Source: a virus
DNA: 64,000 bases
IMG/VR virus record: IMGVR_UViG_3300044858_003284
Direction: 5' to 3' (one strand)
Shown here: positions 60,701 to 64,000 of the stretch, in pieces
Layout: each line of letters opens with the position of its first letter
Position numbering within the stretch: position 1 is the stretch's first letter
Translations under genes and position numbers: made by a program
Notes under the pieces: generated by a model
Databases searched by the model: none
What the model was told of the DNA's origin: nothing
The model's input: the letters and a program-made list of their open reading frames with translations, nothing else

Positions 60701-61086
60701 TTGCTAAATATATAACAAAGCGAGTAACACTTAATAATAACTTTGATTCTACTGGATTAACTGTGTTCTTAGATGTAAACCGTAGGCCAGGAACCAAAAT
60801 TGAAGTTTATTACAAAGTTCTAAACTCAACCGATCAGAATAGTTTTGATAACCAACCTTATGTGTTGATGAATCCTAAATTTACAGTAGGTGGTGCTTTA
60901 CAGTCTACAGGTGTAAATGATTGGACAACCGATACATATCAGGCACTAGATATCACCTATAATGATGTTACCACTGGTTCTTTATACACAAACTTTAAAG
61001 TATTTTCTATTAAGATTGTAATGTATTCAGATAATCCAGCTATTGTTCCTAGAATCAAAAACTTTAGAGCAGTTGCAACGGCATAA
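54733..61086 (+). CDS. VrlC/DUF4815-like large virion structural protein
   Basis: NVDPYFDDFD..KNFHRILFRPG.AVQARELTQSQTILQ, RYTMRDIG.L..RI.NLEYYTSLSLLE, DPLSQ.F, P.I.NFRAVA. Confidence 0.88.
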   Translation: MALNFNVDPYFDDFDDTKNFHRILFRPGYAVQARELTQSQTILQDQISKFGAGIYVDGSKVTGGNIFVDTNIITCKLTSDTTSEDILNYVGYYAVGTTSKFIARVLSVDDINLYIRTKSINTNNNKAFSSGETISFFDSKSDALNSVMGYEIAPTYTATAITETSFTRFVSGTFLSKDITVSSASISVGDNIVLTSIGLNAYVTAITGVNSITINTPLTQDLANATVTVYKKASVRALEVSVDDGVWFTNGYFVRYVADSIIPDQLNAFPSVVVGFEVTEEIVDEFTDSSLLDPAIGASNYQAPGAARYKVSLELVYKPYVSTQEVTNLTTNKFIELVRINSGIVESINDTPIFSEVQKSIARGIYDQSGDFFVNPFTLSIQDYFQDANVMPAAISTGKAYINGFRVEKIAPTQYSLEKARDTESLTDQNISTYYGNYTLIKNIRGSIINFQQGVQVELHNAAFGAASSATKIGTARIRNFDYSSDTGQNSQYKAFLFNVGLNSNPFSNVRSMIIPGASNNYTSVTFSANTISPYTLVDSNYNSLIFALPQNNIANVTNINYETRRFFTAPTFVNGSYTINTNGSNEDFVGGSGSISAALRQLNFGVVTTSAGGNYAAGTFIPMDQANVSISITNSGAAAGQATINIGGGFDGSATIYATISVVGDSIKNKVIQYDTAVQVSANAIGTPISLGVADIYNFKGVYELGNTSTYLGNWSQYSTYDQDVAVVYESNVYISLTSSNVNQNPETANAYWSQITNDISQYYLNDGQKDAFYDHGTITNLTGSAQGNVVVVFDHFTHSGGTGFFTVDSYPVDYADIPSFTSPQYGTTYNLRDVIDFRPRREDGIGTSTFSTYQLPAPYENIITDYGYYLGRKDKIVLYPTGVFKTLRGVSSYINPVAPADIPGALTLFTLEFPPYTFSSNTVINTPTTLRRYTMRDIGVLDKRIGNLEYYTSLSLLEKEVTGSDVTDASNENILFKNGFLVDGFTSHIVGDAANPDYKSSIDTFEKCLRPTFSANVANYVTNPTQGAFKLTAGKQNNYLFLKNNIVTFSYNEVPMVFQNVATEIINVNPFELNRFVGHVDLTPSSDVWYDTKTVPVITYKTEETSAWDNFVRNVGLNSQTWQDWQIHWAGSSTYLTRQVEEKSIITTAAGFSGGSYFQQQNAPSIRMTSQRMSWTQLPGVQSTTRTNQIVSSAVVPYARSKPVQFNVYGMAPNCKLHAFMNGICIDSYVTPDYNSTTGIPFIDIVSGGSGLTNGDNLSIIQVTGANTIPAIARANVSGGTITSVRMLQNGRGYDLTTANVALTTSSYAVAPVLRIRQSAFTGAELVTNIHGAASGTINIPNDALVHFPTGQLLVEFSDNFLSPSKSQTYAKAIFTAKGLLPESEDVVSTRPPVTTPQIPPPPPPPIKPVPPPAPPAPPAVVLPPPPPAPTPGPGTYGVAIRPSTQVYGGSTTIYAYLNSAAGSNTTFSVPIVSTIPGVSDFTANVTVYTGSTSGQTTLNLSGASGGTGGTLSGTSTTQNGYTFTGSQASFTMYNQATTASTVTAAAAFVADAYNNTSLSFADGKALITSQIQTLMTTSGVSAANSDILIDITESFGTGTSASNDGLYGALYSATGQIPTGTQMAAAYLYAYQLALSGDEGWEANTVVKINDTVSQYGPEQLGTLAGQFATDPSNSSQYSTAKGSVGNCALDGIDPLSQNFFVNPIQFPRGVFISSVDLHFATKDSVSPVSVRIRPTVNGYPDAETDIPDSVVYLNPNEVVVPDSTLIYESLGLPTTFTFRNPIYLKPGQYSLMVATDSKLYSVYASKVGEVQFGTDKIVSQVTYSGSLFRSQNASTWVAAPNEQLAFKLNICDFAGGRATFDTTSLASAPAIEYDLLNLMTQDLTFSNYGSIGYKTLTVDKGTSVQSGEVSVFANEDNAYNTRQIQSANGNIIIRSTIENVDKWTSPVIDLERLNAILVKNNITPYVNEASNTALELLPGFGNNGSVAKYITKRVTLNNNFDSTGLTVFLDVNRRPGTKIEVYYKVLNSTDQNSFDNQPYVLMNPKFTVGGALQSTGVNDWTTDTYQALDITYNDVTTGSLYTNFKVFSIKIVMYSDNPAIVPRIKNFRAVATA

Positions 61087-61087
61087 T

Positions 61088-61285
61088 ATGAGATTATATA
61101 AAATCGAAGAACACGCTAATTTGGTAAAAGATATGGACAGCAAAGCTGTATTAAATACAAATGTTGCTGCGTTGATGGAATACAAAAAGAAACAAGAGAT
61201 GCAAAAAGATATTGATTCTTTGAAATCCGACATTGGTGAAATAAAAGATATGTTAAATAAAATGTTTTCAATGTTGGACAAATAA
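61088..61285 (+). CDS. Small conserved protein following the VrlC-like gene
   Basis: NLVKD.DS.A.LNTN....EY....LKSDI.EIK.ML coiled coil. Confidence 0.7.
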   Translation: MRLYKIEEHANLVKDMDSKAVLNTNVAALMEYKKKQEMQKDIDSLKSDIGEIKDMLNKMFSMLDK

Positions 61286-61303
61286 TATTAAACAGGAATT
61301 CAA

Positions 61304-63307
61304 ATGGCCAATACAGTTTTTCTATTAAATTTAAATAATACTTTTGAAGATTGGGTATCTGTTACCAATAATCTTGCAAAAGAAAACAATGATATAGCTG
61401 CAAACAACTATATCAAACCAACAGGAACACTTTATTTAAATGATCCAACTCTAGGTTTACAAGTTGCAAACGTAGCTGTTATTGCTGGCCAATTACAAGT
61501 TCAAGGAACAGGTTCTTCTGCTTATATACAAAACAATCTCCGTGTTGATCAACAAGTATATTTCACAAACACAACATTAGGTCTTACAAATGCTGGTCCA
61601 TCAATTTTTAGTGGCTTAATCACAGCAAATAGTTCAAATACAGGTTTACTAGTTTCAAATAACGCCACAATTAATGGTTTTGCTAATATCAATAGTGTTA
61701 TTGCAAATACAGTAACATCTTCTGTAATTAATGTCAACACTTTAAATAGTTTGTATGTAAATGCTGCATTTTTACATGCAAATACAGGATTTAGTAAAGC
61801 AAATGCAGCCAATATTCTTGCACAAGCAGCTTTTTATCACGCAAACGCTGGTTTTGTTCATGCCAATGCAGCTTTTGATTTAGCAAATACAAAATTTGAT
61901 GCTGATGGTGGCACAGTAGATGGTACAGTATCAATTACTGGTGGATTAACTGTTGGTGGCAATTTTACAATCAACGGTGTAACAATCACCGACTCAAACA
62001 CATTTACTCTTAGAGCAAATACAGGAACAAATGACGGTCAATCATCTTATTTTGTAATCAATAGAATTTCAGGTATGAGTCCAGCATCAATGAATGCTGA
62101 AATTCGTTGGAACGATGCAAATTCATATTGGGACTTGCGTGATGTCAATAGTCCTAACACAACAACATATAATCAGATTATTACAACAAAACATGTAGAT
62201 AATTCTGTATTGTCGACTAATACATTTAACGTAGCCACATCATTTGCAGCAAATACGATACTGAGATATGCTCAAGCAGGATATAATGCAACAAACGCAG
62301 CATTTATTCATGCTAACGCTTCTTATGATTATGCAAATACTGTTAATGCCTATGCTCACGGTGCATATGCTTTTGCAAATACCACAAATGTGACTATAAC
62401 GTTATATGCAGCAAACACAGAAAGATATGCTCAAAGTTCTTATCAACACGCAAATTCTGGATTTAATCATTCTAATGCAGCATATTTAACCGCCAACTCT
62501 GCACAATCCAATACTATTATTACTCAAGGTGTTGACACATGGCAAAATACTCGAATTACTGCTGTAGACACATACGCTGCTTCTGGTTACTCTCAAGCAA
62601 ACGCAGCAAATCAGTATGCCCATTCAGCATACTCACAGGCTAATGCTACTAATAATATTACATTCTCTGCATATACACATGCAAATGCAGCTTATGTTCA
62701 TGCTAATGCTTCATTTGCAGCTGCCAACAACGTATTCCCACAAGTTCAACCTGCATTTGCTCAGGCTAACGCAGCTACACTATTAGCACAAGCTGCATTC
62801 AATACGGCCAATCTTTCTGTTGGAACAAATGCTACACAGAATACTCGATTGACTGCTGTTGAAACATATTCTACTTCTGGATATGGCCAAGCAAACGTAG
62901 CAACCAATTTAGCTCAAGCGGCTTTCAATTCTGCCAATGCCTCAGCAGCTGCTTTACAAAGTGTTCAATTACGAGCATATAAAGAATATGTAAATACTGC
63001 AACAGTTACAACAGCAACATATGCTCTTAATTTAGCAGACTCAAACATCTTTAATATAACATTAGGTGCTAGCACAACACTTTCATTTACTGGTGCACCA
63101 ACATCTGGAAATCTATTTTCAGTTACATTGATTTTAACACAAGATGTTACAGGTGGTAGAGTTGTAACCTTGCCAACTGCTAAATACTCGGATGGAATTG
63201 CTCCAGCATTGTCGATAGGTGCAAACGCAACAGACGTTTTGACCTATTTTACGTTTGATGGTGGATCAACGTATTTTGGTGCTTTTGCTATGGCTAATGC
63301 TTACTAA
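61304..63307 (+). CDS. Tail fibre-like protein with Ala/Asn-rich coiled-coil repeats
   Basis: NNTFEDW..VTN N-terminus, HANAA/QANAA repeats, C-terminal L.QD.TGGR....P......ATDVL.Y.T.DGG.TY.G domain. Confidence 0.75.
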   Translation: MANTVFLLNLNNTFEDWVSVTNNLAKENNDIAANNYIKPTGTLYLNDPTLGLQVANVAVIAGQLQVQGTGSSAYIQNNLRVDQQVYFTNTTLGLTNAGPSIFSGLITANSSNTGLLVSNNATINGFANINSVIANTVTSSVINVNTLNSLYVNAAFLHANTGFSKANAANILAQAAFYHANAGFVHANAAFDLANTKFDADGGTVDGTVSITGGLTVGGNFTINGVTITDSNTFTLRANTGTNDGQSSYFVINRISGMSPASMNAEIRWNDANSYWDLRDVNSPNTTTYNQIITTKHVDNSVLSTNTFNVATSFAANTILRYAQAGYNATNAAFIHANASYDYANTVNAYAHGAYAFANTTNVTITLYAANTERYAQSSYQHANSGFNHSNAAYLTANSAQSNTIITQGVDTWQNTRITAVDTYAASGYSQANAANQYAHSAYSQANATNNITFSAYTHANAAYVHANASFAAANNVFPQVQPAFAQANAATLLAQAAFNTANLSVGTNATQNTRLTAVETYSTSGYGQANVATNLAQAAFNSANASAAALQSVQLRAYKEYVNTATVTTATYALNLADSNIFNITLGASTTLSFTGAPTSGNLFSVTLILTQDVTGGRVVTLPTAKYSDGIAPALSIGANATDVLTYFTFDGGSTYFGAFAMANAY

Positions 63308-63425
63308 AATACAAAAAAGGTCTGGACGCTCGGAGCCCCAAAATTAATTTTTTGCGATTCCAAGATTCCAAAAAGCGATTTTAGTTTTTAGTAGTTTTTA
63401 ATTAATTAAAAGGAGTAATATTAAA

Positions 63426-63758
63426 ATGTCTTTTGTCAAAATTGATGATATTCATTTGTATGCTGGCTTAACCGCTGATGCAGTTGATTGTTATCGTGTC
63501 AAAAAATGGATGGACGACAACAACATCAAATTTGTTCATCTTTTTTACACCGATGAGAATCAATGTCAAGAAGTTATTGATACAGTAAACCTTTGGTTTG
63601 TAACTCCAGACCAACCAGCCGCTATCACTAAACTTCCTTTTGTTGTTTATTGTGAAGTTGTTGAAGATTTGCCAATTTCTCAATATCCAAGAAAAGTTTT
63701 AGTTGGATATGACGAAATTACAAGCAAATTAAAAGACCTTTACGCAATAGGCAGGTAA
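63426..63758 (+). CDS. Glutaredoxin/thioredoxin-like fold hypothetical protein
   Basis: AAGGAG RBS; C..VKKW.D.NNI.F...LPFVV pattern. Confidence 0.5.
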   Translation: MSFVKIDDIHLYAGLTADAVDCYRVKKWMDDNNIKFVHLFYTDENQCQEVIDTVNLWFVTPDQPAAITKLPFVVYCEVVEDLPISQYPRKVLVGYDEITSKLKDLYAIGR

Positions 63759-63759
63759 A

Positions 63760-64000
63760 ATGCCTGTCGCATTTCGCACACTCAAACAAGGTGTAGTCAG
63801 CTCCGGTTCAAGGACGTTTAACACTTCAGGAAGTTTTCAAATTCCCCTAGGTATAACTGAAGTTAACCTATCAGGATTTGGTGCGCAAGGTGTTCAAGGT
63901 GCAAGAGGAAATACAGGTCAACCTGGTAATATTGGTAATCAAGGAAATAGTGGAAATCCTGGATCAAATGGTGTAGGAGGTCCAGGTGGTGTTGGCGGTA
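63760..64000 (+). CDS. Collagen-like / glycine-rich fibre protein (3' truncated)
   Basis: MPVAFRTLKQG...FNTSGSF.IP.G..., then GxY triplets (GAQGVQGARGNTGQPGNIGNQGNSGNPG). Confidence 0.75.
   Translation, partial: MPVAFRTLKQGVVSSGSRTFNTSGSFQIPLGITEVNLSGFGAQGVQGARGNTGQPGNIGNQGNSGNPGSNGVGGPGGVGG

Noticed and set aside
1-64000. Alternative genetic code, diversity-generating retroelement or integrase
   Set aside because: Core genes are intact in code 11 with TAA, TAG and TGA all used as stops. No reverse transcriptase, integrase or TR/VR repeat pair was recognised in this window.

Overview
This is a 64 kb segment of a large T4-like (myovirus) dsDNA phage genome, AT-rich and in the standard genetic code. 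The host is probably a freshwater proteobacterium, most likely Betaproteobacteria. That is an inference from the NrdB and rubrerythrin sequence types and the tmRNA tag ANDESYALAA. Layout: (1) 1-4.7 kb nucleotide metabolism and replication genes (nrdB 3' part, GIY-YIG nuclease, RNase H). (2) 4.7-29 kb accessory and early region of many small ORFs behind strong sigma70 promoters, including a VWA/metallopeptidase plus MoxR AAA+ pair, GroES, tRNA-Tyr, a metallophosphoesterase, rubredoxin plus rubrerythrin, an epimerase, a pyrimidine-dimer glycosylase, 2OG-Fe(II) oxygenases and an exonuclease. (3) A circularly permuted two-piece tmRNA gene at about 29.05-29.36 kb. (4) gp33, gp59 and gp32. (5) A minus-strand tail block: two paralogous tape-measure-like proteins (one with a GH19 domain), gp51-like, gp26, gp54, gp2, gp4. 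(6) A plus-strand baseplate and fibre block: gp48, gp53, gp27-like, split gp5, gp25, gp6, gp7, gp8, VrlC-like, fibres and a collagen-like gene. Most notable observations: a probable -1 programmed frameshift fusing gp26 to a gp51-like frame (a lambda G/GT-like arrangement), a permuted tmRNA, an OxyR-type box abutting the promoter of a rubredoxin-rubrerythrin operon, and a helically phased TGTTG-N8-CAACA operator upstream of six early promoters. Product calls come from motif recognition by eye; no database searches were run.
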